Shown here in pieces: positions 51,135 through 61,519 of a stretch of 64,000 bases of DNA. Origin of the DNA: Candidatus Sumerlaeaceae bacterium (GTDB lineage Bacteria; Sumerlaeota; Sumerlaeia; Sumerlaeales; Sumerlaeaceae); assembly GCA_049968255.1 (NCBI GenBank), contig JBMFRB010000003.1, forward strand, positions 1 through 64,000, read 5' to 3'. Each line of letters starts with the position of its first letter. The stretch's first letter is position 1. A program made the position numbers and the translations under genes. The notes below the pieces were generated by a model. It ran no database searches. It was not told the origin of the DNA and saw only the letters and a list, made by a program, of their open reading frames with translations.

Positions 51135-52079
51135 CTAGATTTTCGCGAGAAATTCTTCGAGCTCGGCACGTGAGCCAACGTTAATGACTTTTGCATCGGG
51201 GACAATACGCTTGATGATGGCCGACTGCACCTTGCCTGGTCCAACCTCAACGAATTCATCCACACCCTCGGCTCGCATGCGCCGAATGGTATCCACCCAC
51301 AGCACGGGCGAAGTAATCTGCCGCGCGAGGTCCGCTTTGATTTCTGCAGCGAGTCGCCGCGGCTGGGCAGAAGCATTCATCACCACCGGCACACGCGCAT
51401 CGCGCCAGGCCGCCTGCTTGATGACAGGTGCGAGCTCGGCCGCGGCGTCATCGAGCAGCGGCGAATGGAAAGCGCCCGAGACATTGACGGGAAGGACCCG
51501 CTTCGCGCCGGCGGCCTTGCACTTTTCGCTCACTTCGGCCACGCCTTCGGGCTCGCCAGAAATCACGACTTGCCCCGGAGCGTTGTCGTTGGCCACGACA
51601 ACAATCTTCTGCGACTGAGCACAGAGCTCAGCAATGTTCTCCTTCGCCAGGCCGATGATGGCAGCCATTGCACCCGGACGCTTCTCGCCGGCGCTTTGCA
51701 TAAGCATCGCGCGGAGCTTTAGCAAATCAAAAAGGGGTTCAAAATCGAGAGCGCCGGACGCGTAAAGTGCGCTGTACTCGCCAAGGCTGTGACCGGCCAC
51801 CATTGCGAATTCTACGCCATGCGCGATGAGCGCTTCCGCCAGGATGACCGAACACAGAAAGATCGCTGGCTGCGTGAAGTCGGTTTGCAGCAGCTTTTCC
51901 TCCGGCCCTTCAAACATCACTGGCAGCAACGCGCCACCGTAACGTTGGTTTGCGAACTCCATCTTTTCACGCGCTTGTGGGCTAAGTTCTAAAAGGTCCT
52001 GACCCATGCCCACGAACTGGGAAGCTTGTCCGGGAAAAATCAACGCTCGCATTTTTGGGGTTTCCATCCTTTCCGACAC
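51135..52079 (-). CDS. fabD: Malonyl-CoA-ACP transacylase
   Basis: FPGQASQFVGMG, TQPAI, GHSLGEY and VSGAFHSPL motifs. Exact start uncertain. Confidence 0.95.
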   Translation of the reverse strand: MSERMETPKMRALIFPGQASQFVGMGQDLLELSPQAREKMEFANQRYGGALLPVMFEGPEEKLLQTDFTQPAIFLCSVILAEALIAHGVEFAMVAGHSLGEYSALYASGALDFEPLFDLLKLRAMLMQSAGEKRPGAMAAIIGLAKENIAELCAQSQKIVVVANDNAPGQVVISGEPEGVAEVSEKCKAAGAKRVLPVNVSGAFHSPLLDDAAAELAPVIKQAAWRDARVPVVMNASAQPRRLAAEIKADLARQITSPVLWVDTIRRMRAEGVDEFVEVGPGKVQSAIIKRIVPDAKVINVGSRAELEEFLAKI

Positions 52080-52346
52080 TGCACAAAGGCTTGTAGCAAT
52101 TTATTAATTCAACAAGTAACACGCGTAGGCTATCACGCGCTTCAGCGTGACTGGTTTATAGGCGGAGATAGGCCGCGCTATGCAACACGAATCGTGTTGC
52201 GCCAGGAGATTTGGCACCACAGCGCCTCAATCGTTTACTCGCCCCCGCTTCGAAAACGCAATAGAGTTCTTGCTTCTTGTCGATCATGTGGGATCAATCA
52301 CGAGACAAGGCGAAGGAACAATTCTCGCGAAAAAGGCGGCGCGACC

Positions 52347-54740
52347 ATGGCAAACTGTTCGCGAAGAGAGATTCTTAGGTTGGGGGCAGTCTCGATACTC
52401 GGCGTTCTGGTGCCTGAACCGCTATTTCGCGCCCTAGGCGCCACCCCGCCACCGTGGGAAGTATTACCAGGTGCTCCACCGAATACGGCCGGCACTCTTC
52501 GTGAGGAGGGGCGAATCATTTTAGGCTCCGGTATGCGTAATGAATACCCCGTGGTCGCAGCAAGCGAGGGACAGGCATGGGCCGCATGGGTCACGAGCGA
52601 CGGGGAAACCGATCGTCTCGTCGTGCGTCTGCTTCTCCCTACGGAGCAAAACACGGGCGAGGAACGTTCCCTCGCCTTGGCGCGTTGCCATCGTCCCGCA
52701 CTTGCCGTCGCGGGCAACAAGGTTTACGTTGCGTGGGCCGGCAGCACGCCTGGCATTGAACAGCCCAGCAAGACGGACGCAACCCACAGGATCCAGCTGG
52801 CACAGCTCGAAAGCGACGGCCGCCTGCAAATACTGACGGAATTTGGTACTAAGGGAGGATGGGCAAGCCACCCTGCCCTTGCGCTCGACGCCGCCGGCAA
52901 TGGCTTTCTTGCGTGGGAAAGTGCAGAGCCAAGTGGCGGCTTTCGCGTGTGGGCTGCACCGGTGCAGCTAACGAAAGTGGGGCCGGCAATCCAGATTGCT
53001 CCGTCGGGCTCCAGCGATGCACGGCGCCCGGCGTTGGCTTTGCTCGACGCATCGAGCGCGTGGATTGTATGGGACGAGTCTCATGGCAGCGATGTGCTCA
53101 TCAAGGCGCGCCTTGTGCGAGCCAACGGAACGCTTGGCAACGTGGTGGCACTTACCTCGGGAAAGGGGCTGCATCTGGCTCCAGCCGTCGCCACCGATCG
53201 CGAGGGCCGCACGTGGGTGGCATGGTACACAAACTGTTGGCCCGACGGCACCACCGACATTGTGCGTCGTGTGGAGGTCGCTGTGCTCGAGCGCAGCGGG
53301 CAAGTTTCGTGGCCTCCACAGCCCGAGATTGTGACGCGCGAAACAACATCGACCGTGCAGGGTCTGGAATTCCCCCAGCTTGCGCACTCTCCGGACGGGC
53401 GCATTTGGCTGTCGGCTCGCGCTTCGCAGAACTTTTTCCTCGTCGTTTTCGACGGGCGAGAATGGACTCTGGCCACGCGCCTTGAAAAAGACGGATGGGG
53501 TGGGCGCGGACAACGTGTTGCGATTGTGCCGGTCGCAAAAGGGGAAATTCTGACGGCACGGCGCGATTTGAATGACGCTGTTGTGCAAAAGTTGACCTTG
53601 GCTGAGGCACCAACCGTGCACATCGGCAAGTTCTCCCCCAAGGGCCGGGCGCCAGTGCCCATTGCTCGCGTCCGCGAACGAATTGATTTCGAGCCGTGGG
53701 GCGAGTGGAAATTCTACTTCGGCGATATTCATGGCCACACGTCGCTGAGCGACGGTACCGGCGATGTGGACGAGTTTTATCTCATGCGGCGCGACATCTA
53801 TGCTGAGGATTTCGCTGCGCTCACGGACCACGATAGCTTTGTGGGCAACACAATTTCGCCTAGCGAGTGGGACGAAATCAAGGCCATCACCGAGCATTTC
53901 AACGACCCAGGGAAATTCGTCACCCTGTTCGGACAGGAATGGACAACACTGCGCGTGCCGCGAGGCAGTGGTCACATGAATGTTTACTCATGTCGGCGCG
54001 ATATTCCGCTCTTTGATCACACGCTTGCCCAGTTTGCGACGGCGGAAAAGCTCGTCGAGGCCGCAAGAACATACGATGCGATCGCGGTGCCGCATCACAT
54101 CGGCTGGACGGGCACCACGTGGGAAGCGTTCGCGCCCGACGTTATTCCTGTGATCGAAATCGTGTCCGTCCATGGCGCCCATGAATTTATGGGCAATCGC
54201 CCGCTCGCGCACCGCGGGGGGATGGCGGGCCACTTCGCCCAGGATGGATTGGCGCGAGGGTTGCGCTTCGGCTTTATCGGTGGCACCGATTGCCATGGGC
54301 TGCTGTGGCAACACGGCGAGTGCTGGAAACGCGACCCCTACCAGGCGGGCCTGGCGTGCGTCCTGGCACCTGAGCTCACGCGTGAAGCTGTGTTCGAGGC
54401 ACTGCGCATGCGCCGATGCTATGCCACAAGCGGCATCCGCGCGCGCATTGTCTTCGAGGCTAATGGCACTCCCATGGGAGCAGAAATCGAAGCGTCCGAC
54501 AAACTAGAATTCAAAGTGGATGTGTCAAGCGAGTCGCTCCTGCGGTGGATCGAAATCGTGAAGGATAACACCACGGTTTACACATTCGGCGGCGAAGGGC
54601 ACCGTTCGCAATTCACTTGGTGCGACCCAGAATGGAAAGGCAATCCAGCGGGCAGGACGTCGTATTTCTACCTGCGTGTGACGTGCCGCGATGATAACAT
54701 GGCATGGTCGAGCCCGATCTGGGTGCGCCGCAGCTCCTGA
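52347..54740 (+). CDS. Tat-exported metallohydrolase (PHP-like DUF3604/CehA-McbA domain) with an N-terminal beta-propeller-like region
   Basis: Twin-Arg SRREIL signal and repeated P-ALA...WxAW blades. C-terminal YFGDIHGHT-SDG, ALTDH, GQEWT, PHH and GGTDCH motifs. Confidence 0.8.
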   Translation: MANCSRREILRLGAVSILGVLVPEPLFRALGATPPPWEVLPGAPPNTAGTLREEGRIILGSGMRNEYPVVAASEGQAWAAWVTSDGETDRLVVRLLLPTEQNTGEERSLALARCHRPALAVAGNKVYVAWAGSTPGIEQPSKTDATHRIQLAQLESDGRLQILTEFGTKGGWASHPALALDAAGNGFLAWESAEPSGGFRVWAAPVQLTKVGPAIQIAPSGSSDARRPALALLDASSAWIVWDESHGSDVLIKARLVRANGTLGNVVALTSGKGLHLAPAVATDREGRTWVAWYTNCWPDGTTDIVRRVEVAVLERSGQVSWPPQPEIVTRETTSTVQGLEFPQLAHSPDGRIWLSARASQNFFLVVFDGREWTLATRLEKDGWGGRGQRVAIVPVAKGEILTARRDLNDAVVQKLTLAEAPTVHIGKFSPKGRAPVPIARVRERIDFEPWGEWKFYFGDIHGHTSLSDGTGDVDEFYLMRRDIYAEDFAALTDHDSFVGNTISPSEWDEIKAITEHFNDPGKFVTLFGQEWTTLRVPRGSGHMNVYSCRRDIPLFDHTLAQFATAEKLVEAARTYDAIAVPHHIGWTGTTWEAFAPDVIPVIEIVSVHGAHEFMGNRPLAHRGGMAGHFAQDGLARGLRFGFIGGTDCHGLLWQHGECWKRDPYQAGLACVLAPELTREAVFEALRMRRCYATSGIRARIVFEANGTPMGAEIEASDKLEFKVDVSSESLLRWIEIVKDNTTVYTFGGEGHRSQFTWCDPEWKGNPAGRTSYFYLRVTCRDDNMAWSSPIWVRRSS

Positions 54741-55161
54741 GGCAGCAATGAGACCGAGAAGCTTGCGCTGGCTGGCGGCGCCTGAACGTAGCCGACTGGG
54801 CCAGGCGTCGTGTGAGGGCGTTGAGCTGAAAAGTGGTCTATCAGCTAGCAACGAAGCCTCCCAGCCAGTGGGCAAGCCAATCATGATGACCCCGGGGACG
54901 CCGAGGGATTTCGCCTCATGTCACATGCTGCAAAGTGACCTGTGGCCCTGCGGCAACGCTAAGCAAAACAAAGCCGTTACGCTTGCCTCTCGCAAACCCG
55001 CGACCTCCACGAGGGGTCCCATCGCGGAATGGGATTGAAAAAGATGAGCTGCGAACCTCATGTACGCCCTTGCGCCGATGGGCAAAAAAGAAGGGCGGGC
55101 TCCGCTCGCGCCCATGGAACCCGCCCACCGCGCTCTGCGCTTTCCCCTCGCGCAGATTTGC

Positions 55162-55204
55162 TTCACGCTCATCGAGTTGCTCATCGCAGTTGCCCGTAAT
55201 TGCA
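55162..55204 (+). pseudogene. Remnant of a prepilin N-terminal methylation motif
   Basis: Reads FTLIELLIAVA, then an extra C at about 55195, then VIA in the shifted frame. No pilin body follows. Confidence 0.5.
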
Positions 55205-56167
55205 ACTCACCAAGTGCCCAGCAAGATGCCGGCCACACAAGCAACAGGAGAACCGTTCGCTAGCTAACAATCGCTTTTTCAGTCTTTTAATGCTGTGCTC
55301 TTGTGGTCATGGTAGACGCTAATCTGGTAGAGAAAGGACGATTCAGAACCAAGCGGAGCAGAGTATCGTACCATTTCGTACGCCCTTCCAATGTACTGAC
55401 GGCGTGAATCGCAGAACTTCAGCCGGGACGTCCATGTCTAGATGTGGCCGCCACGCGCTGGCGCGCATGTGGTTGCTCAAGACGCGTTTTACGTGCAGAA
55501 ATCCCAGATCAATGGCGAGTCCTCCCTTGGGAGCAGTCGTAGGTCCAGTTGCACTCCCATCGCTGCCGCGGAGCCGTTGCAACCGCGCCGCGAGAGGTGG
55601 GCAGACGGCGAGCGCGAACCGTACCCAACTGCAAGCCCGGGCGGCTACGACGTGTGGCGCAGGTGGAGCGCATGGCCATCTCGCTTTCTCCTCATGGATG
55701 GGCTCCGCTTGCGTTTTGTTTTGCCAAAGTTTTTCCCGCAGCGCCACACGCAGCGCCCCCTCGGAAGATTTCTCGAAACAGCAGGAAAAATACTGAGAAA
55801 AACCAGGCAGCCCTCTGCACTCCACCTGCGTGGCATTTTTCCCGAAAATTCTGACCGAGATTTTCGCGCAAAAATGCAAAGCCATTCAAGAGACATCGTC
55901 CCGCCCTTTGTGCGACACTGGGCCCAACGCTGGTGTTTCCGCCGAGTTGAGGACAAGCGTCGTGTGCCGGCGGGCGGGTGCGCTAGGCTCCACTACGCAG
56001 AGAAGCACGACCGGAGACCGTTGCGCATCATTGCGAAGAGGAGCCGTCGCCAGGGGCGAGAGAAGTTAGCAAGCATGACAAACACCGCTCCGATCGCCGA
56101 GTACCGGTCACAGCGGGAGGAAGCAACTCGGGAAGCACCGATCATGACAATAGAGGAAAATTGTCCA

Positions 56168-56404
56168 ATGTTGGAGTTATGGAGTGTTTCACGGGCAGCC
56201 AAATTCCTAGACGTTTCGAAAAAGCGTGTTTATCAGCTTATTCAACAGGGGAGGCTCGAATCCCTTAAGCTGAGCCCGCGCACGACCCGCGTTACTCGCG
56301 AAAGTGTCGAGCGGCTCGTGGAAGAGGCCAAACGCCGTCAGCGCGACGAGCTGGGACTAGATTTTCGGCCTCAGTCTCGTCAGCCGCGCAGCCGCAACTC
56401 ATGA
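56168..56404 (+). CDS. Excisionase-like helix-turn-helix (HTH_17) protein
   Basis: WSVSRAAKFLDVSKKRVYQLIQQGRL...RVTRESVE. AGAGGA RBS. Alternative starts at 56075 and 56144. Confidence 0.8.
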   Translation: MLELWSVSRAAKFLDVSKKRVYQLIQQGRLESLKLSPRTTRVTRESVERLVEEAKRRQRDELGLDFRPQSRQPRSRNS

Positions 56405-56810
56405 GGTGGGATTCGCGGAGCACAGCTCAACGGCCAAAACCAACGGCGTCAAGGTGCTCAGTGGGCTCTTCTACCCAAGCTCGTTTCCGACGCCGAAGCC
56501 TTTCGCTCGGTCGCAGGAAATACAGCCGGCGATGGTGTGTGCGCGGCCTCACCGCGGACTCTTGCTTTTGCGGGCATCGCGTCTCCGACGGACTAATTGG
56601 CCTCTGTTTCGTCCGTTTTGTCGCAGGCGGACGGATGCTCTGGCGACTGTGAGGTTTGCTCAAAACCTAAGCGTGAGAAGCGCTGATATTCTGTGGCATG
56701 AGGCGCGAGCGGGGTATATTGGTGTGGCACAGCAGATCCATCGGCTTCTGGGTTACCCTTTGTGGCCGTCTCGAGAGCTCCGAATCGCCCTGATCCATTG
56801 CCAACTGGAG

Positions 56811-57038
56811 CTAGAAACGCGTGCGGATGCCGAGGGCGCGGACGGCGCACCATCCGACCGCCCCTTCGAAAATCGTGAACGCGCCAAATGCAGCGAGAAA
56901 GATCTGCAACGCCAGCGACCACCATTGGTCGTCGGGCATCTTGTAGCGGTGGAGAAGGTAGGCGTCGGCCACAAGAACAATTCCGACGCCGATGCGCACC
57001 AGACGGCCGCCCAAACCGATGTTGCAGCGAAATTTCAT
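56811..57038 (-). CDS. DUF2892 (YgaP-like) membrane protein
   Basis: NIGLGGRLVRIGVG...EGAVGWCAVRALGIRT. Confidence 0.8.
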   Translation of the reverse strand: MKFRCNIGLGGRLVRIGVGIVLVADAYLLHRYKMPDDQWWSLALQIFLAAFGAFTIFEGAVGWCAVRALGIRTRF

Positions 57039-57826
57039 ATGAGAACTTATGAGTCGTGCCAACAGAAAATTCGTCGCCAATCTCTTGGCGCGGCGGAGTT
57101 GAGACGATGCCCATGCAGTGATCGCGAGGGTGCACGCACATTAAAGATCGGGTTTTCTGCGCACCGGGCGATCACTGCTGCTAGCGCGCGCCGGCACATC
57201 GCTGGCCAAGAAGCGGATAAGCTGAGAAAATACAATTCGGTGGCAGTGGGGTGAGTGCTTAGCGCAGAGGGAGATGTTCTCTATTCGCGCTGGCTGTGGG
57301 GTAGCCATGCCAGCTACGGCAAACGTCGGATGAGAGTGCGCCAAGGTTTTAGAGTAGAAACTCGTGCAGTCTGTCACCGCCGAGGCTAAGGCGAAATGCG
57401 GCGTTTGCAACAACGAGTGAAGAAAACGGAGTGCGCCGCAGCCCACCCCGTTGCCTGCCGCCAGGAAACCATGGTAGAGCCAGCACCTGTTTGTCGCACG
57501 GTGCGGGGGCCAAAGAGATCTCCTGCCGGGAATGTCCGCGCCTCTCGCGCTTAATCGAGTGGGGGCAAAGGGCGCTTCCGTTTGTTGCCGGATCGGGCTT
57601 GTGCCGGCGTGATCTGCTCATCGCCAAAGTTCTGCCGTCACATCAGGTGTTTCCTTGCGCCGCGGCGGGGCCTACACCGGCGCAGGATGGATACCCCTGC
57701 AGATAACTTGAGTTTTAGAATTCTCGCGCCGCGACGCTGGCCGCGGCGCTCTGCTATTGCCAGTGTGGGATTTTGTCTCTTAGCCCATGACGTGGCGGCG
57801 CGACACGTCATTATCCTTGCCCAAGA

Positions 57827-59890
57827 TCAGCGTGGCGGCTTGGAGTTTCGATTCGTTTTGGCTTGCTGGGTTGAGGAGGCACTTGCCTCGATGCGAGATT
57901 TGATCAGCGCAGCTGCATCGAGGAATTTTTCCTGCCTGTCGAGGCGCTCAGGATTGCGTTCAGCCTCGCGACGCAGGATTTCGATCGCTTGCAGATCGCT
58001 CCGCGGAATTTTCGCGCGCACCTCGGGCTTGTTGAGCATTGCGGCCACATAGGCGTGGGCAGCCACGATTTCGATTGCGCGCTTGAAGCCATCGCCACGC
58101 GCGATGATGCGATCATATTCCCCCTTTTGAAAATCGCTCTTCATGCTCGCAAAGCCACTCTCAACGGATGCAATCTGATCCCCAACGGCGCCACTTCGGA
58201 ACTTTCCTGCCCAGCGGCGCTTGAGCTCATTGAAGACGCTTTCCACCGCGCGGACCTTTTCCTCAGCCTGCTCGCGCTTGGACTTGGGTGGTGTTTGCTC
58301 GAGCTGGCGTGCAGCGGCGCGCAAACGTCCTGCCAGCGTGTTCGGGTCGCTGCTGTCCGCCGTCGCGGTCGTGCTAGAGCTGTCGCCCGTTGGTGCAACC
58401 AGTACGCGCGAGGGATTTGTCTCGCGCGCCACTGTGGCAATGCGGGCAGAGCCTGCCTGGGATGCATTTGCTGTTGCCGCGGTTGCATACGTGCCATTCG
58501 CACGCTCGTTTGGACTTCGTGGCAATAAGACAGGGATACCGTCATTGCCTCGCGCAGCGGCTGGGGTTGCAAATTCCACGGGATTGGCGCTTGCGACATC
58601 AAGCGAACTCCCCGTGGGCGCTGGCGTGGAGGAATGAATCGGCTGCGGATGTGTCGCATCGAGCTTCCCAGAGCCGGCGAGATCGTTGTCCGGCGTGCCC
58701 GCGGGAACGACTGCAGCCGGGCGAATTTGAGGTGTGGCCTGTCGCTGAGACTCAGATGCAGGAGCCGACACAGGCGACGGACGGGCTGAGGCCTGCTGCG
58801 GGGCCGGGGGAGCGGTGGGCGCGGTTGTGGCCGGCCGCGGGGCATCTGGTGCCGGGGTGTACCAGGCTAAGCTCTTGGTGAGCTTACTCTTCTTGAGAGT
58901 CCTCGATACCGGCGCAACCACAAGCAAATCCGGCAACGGCGTGGGGGTGGGACCAGCGGCCACCACCAACTTCCGCCAAAGTTCCTGATCAAGCTTTGCG
59001 CCCCGGGTGGCTCCTACAGACTTCTGAAATTCTTGGAGCGCCGCCAGCGAGCCGCGTCCCCAGCGTCCGTCAATTTCGCCCCGATAGAAGCCCGCCGCGG
59101 CCAGGGCCTTTTGCACGCGTACGACGTCGGCCTTATTGTCAAGCTTAGGGACAGCCCCGAGTTCCGATTCTCTCGGGCCACCTTTGACGACCAGCAATTG
59201 AGGCTCGCCAAGCCGTCGCGGCCGAACAGCCGCCGCTGCTGTTGTGAGAGCATTCTCAGCCGCTGTCATTGTTTTCGCGCTCAACGTAGCCGACAGCGCC
59301 CGAGCGTTTGCAGCCACTTGGCGTCGCTTGACTTCGTCCTCGAGTTTGGCCAGCGTCGCCGCATCAGGCCTTTTGGTCCGCGCCAAAGCATGCTCACGTT
59401 GGAAAGCCTCCAATGCGGCTTCAGTGCGTGGCCCAAGTCTGCCGTCGGCCCGCCCCACGGAATACCCAAGCTCTGCGAGCAAGCGCTGAGCACGCTGGAC
59501 GTTAGGATCAAACACCATTTGCGGTGCAGGCGAAGCGGTAGCAATGGGCGATGGCGAGGGTGCTGGCGACACCGCGCCAGGAGTTGCGCCCGGCTGTTCG
59601 GCGATGAGACTTGGTGCCGGCAGCTTTCCGATTGGTGTCGGCGCAACAAAAGGAGTTGGCCGCTGCGTGGAAGCCGTGGTCGCACTTGGCGTGGCAGCCG
59701 CATGACCAAGCGTGTTCGCTACCGTTTCGACTGGTACTCGGGAAACGGGCGCCTGCGTCAGGGGGGCATGAGCAGGAGCAAGCCCTGCGGCCTGGCGCGA
59801 GGGCGTGACAGCTCTGCGCACCAGAAACACGCTAACAACACATAATACGGAACTTACGACAGTTATGAGGATCCACTTTAGCAGCTTCAT
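57827..59890 (-). CDS. Membrane-anchored protein with two PG_binding_1 domains and a long low-complexity linker
   Basis: N-terminal TM. VQRAQRLLAELGY...ADGRLGPRTEAALEAFQ and VQKALAAAGFYRGEIDGRWG...LQEFQ. Confidence 0.82.
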   Translation of the reverse strand: MKLLKWILITVVSSVLCVVSVFLVRRAVTPSRQAAGLAPAHAPLTQAPVSRVPVETVANTLGHAAATPSATTASTQRPTPFVAPTPIGKLPAPSLIAEQPGATPGAVSPAPSPSPIATASPAPQMVFDPNVQRAQRLLAELGYSVGRADGRLGPRTEAALEAFQREHALARTKRPDAATLAKLEDEVKRRQVAANARALSATLSAKTMTAAENALTTAAAAVRPRRLGEPQLLVVKGGPRESELGAVPKLDNKADVVRVQKALAAAGFYRGEIDGRWGRGSLAALQEFQKSVGATRGAKLDQELWRKLVVAAGPTPTPLPDLLVVAPVSRTLKKSKLTKSLAWYTPAPDAPRPATTAPTAPPAPQQASARPSPVSAPASESQRQATPQIRPAAVVPAGTPDNDLAGSGKLDATHPQPIHSSTPAPTGSSLDVASANPVEFATPAAARGNDGIPVLLPRSPNERANGTYATAATANASQAGSARIATVARETNPSRVLVAPTGDSSSTTATADSSDPNTLAGRLRAAARQLEQTPPKSKREQAEEKVRAVESVFNELKRRWAGKFRSGAVGDQIASVESGFASMKSDFQKGEYDRIIARGDGFKRAIEIVAAHAYVAAMLNKPEVRAKIPRSDLQAIEILRREAERNPERLDRQEKFLDAAALIKSRIEASASSTQQAKTNRNSKPPR

Positions 59891-60187
59891 TCTACACCAA
59901 CCTCGACGTCTGCACGTTCGACTTTCCGCCCCACAATTACAGTTTTACCGCAGTAAGTTCTACGGTACAAAATTTCTCAACGATTTTCGGAACGATTCAC
60001 GCGGAAAAATGAAGCGCGATGGGAGATCACGGAAGGGGGCTCTGAAAGCTCGAAATCTAGGTAGATTTGAGCACTGTTGCAGAAGCTCAGGAAAACATCC
60101 ACCCACGATGGCTAGCGTCACGATAGGCGCCGAACCGTGCCGAAATTTTGCCGCCGAGCGATGCGGTAGCCTCGAGCCGGTGCGAAC

Positions 60188-61519
60188 CTAACTTCGAGAT
60201 TCCTTTGCAGAGAAACATTCGCTCTTTTGCTCCTCTGGCGAAATGATGGGCAAGAGTATGGTGAACGTCGCTCCGCGGCCCACTTGCGTGTCGACCTGGA
60301 TTTTGCCACCGTGCTCACTGACGGTTTTTCGCACAGCTGGCAGCCCGATGCCTGTTCCTTTCGATCCTTTTGTACTAAAGAAAAGATCCCACAGCCGCGG
60401 AATCATTTCTGTCGGAATTCCGGGGCCATTGTCGGCTACTTCCAGCAAGGCCCAATTGGTCGCTTTGACGCGTTCCTCGGGTGACAGCGGACATTCCTCG
60501 CTGGGGAGTTTTCGCACACGGACGCGCACCCACGGCCCGTCCTCGCTGCTGGGGCCCTCCGCACACGCTTCGATGGCATTCGTCACGAGATTCAGCAGCG
60601 CCCGCGTCATCTGGTCGCGGTCTGCCCACAGTTCGAAGTCCGCCCCGTCGGTTTCAAAACGCAACTCCACACCAAGCAAGGCAGCCTTGTGGGTCACAAT
60701 CTCGGCCACGTTGCGCACGATGTCCGCCACGGAAAAACGCTCGCGTAAGGGGCGTCGTTCCTTCGACATGTCGAGCATGTCTAACACGAGGTTTGACACC
60801 ATAGCAATCGAGCGCGAGAGAATCTCGGTGCCGTTGGCAATGAGTTCGTAGTTTTGTGTTTGGAGTCCCATTTTCACAAGGCCGAGGCTGCCATGCACGC
60901 CCGCCAGCATATTTTTCACGGAATGCGCGATTCCTGCCACCGCTTCACCCAAAGCTGCCAGCTGCTTGCGCTGCTGCAACTCCTCATGGAGACGATGATT
61001 CTCAATGACCATCGCTGCTTGAGAAGCTAAAATTTCCGCCACATGCAAGGCGCGCTGGTCGAACGGCGCCGCGCCCTCGCGCGTGCGGTTGACATTCAGC
61101 GTACCCAGCAGTCGTCCGCCGACGAGCAGCGGCACACAGAGAGCGGACCGGATCTGTCGTGCTTGGAGCTCCGTGTTTTCCGGTTTTGCTGTTTCCAAAG
61201 TCCCATTAATGATAAGCGGACGTCGCTCGCGCAAAACGCGTTCGCTCGGGGACCCCTCGCGCCGCACATAGCCCCGCTTGCAGATCTCTTCGGGCAATCC
61301 GCGTGCAGCCAGCATTTTCAGCTCGGGGTTTTCCTCGCCCACAAGCAACAGCAGCGACCCGTCGTCCGCTTCGAGCTCGCGTAGCGCCACCGCCAGCAGG
61401 CAGTCGAGCATCTCCTCGAAGCACAGCGCACGCCGCAGGCTCTCAAAAACGTCCTGAAACGTGAACCGTGTGCCTGTCAGGCTTGCCTTGTCTCCTGCCT
61501 CCGAGTTCATCCCAGTCAT
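60188..61519 (-). CDS. GAF-domain sensor histidine kinase
   Basis: GAF (SALCVPL...GTLNV), H-box AHSVKN, N-box NLVTNA, DNGPGI, FFSTK and GTGIGL. Start placed at ATG 61519; the ORF is open to 61828. Confidence 0.9.
   Translation of the reverse strand: MTGMNSEAGDKASLTGTRFTFQDVFESLRRALCFEEMLDCLLAVALRELEADDGSLLLLVGEENPELKMLAARGLPEEICKRGYVRREGSPSERVLRERRPLIINGTLETAKPENTELQARQIRSALCVPLLVGGRLLGTLNVNRTREGAAPFDQRALHVAEILASQAAMVIENHRLHEELQQRKQLAALGEAVAGIAHSVKNMLAGVHGSLGLVKMGLQTQNYELIANGTEILSRSIAMVSNLVLDMLDMSKERRPLRERFSVADIVRNVAEIVTHKAALLGVELRFETDGADFELWADRDQMTRALLNLVTNAIEACAEGPSSEDGPWVRVRVRKLPSEECPLSPEERVKATNWALLEVADNGPGIPTEMIPRLWDLFFSTKGSKGTGIGLPAVRKTVSEHGGKIQVDTQVGRGATFTILLPIISPEEQKSECFSAKESRS

Noticed and set aside
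55442-56074. 5' extension of the 320-aa ORF that ends in the HTH domain
   Set aside because: The composition is not protein-like and it spans promoter-like A-tracts. Only the last 78-109 codons look real.
56406-57254. 282-aa plus-strand ORF
   Set aside because: It overlaps the convincing DUF2892 gene on the opposite strand and has no recognisable motifs.
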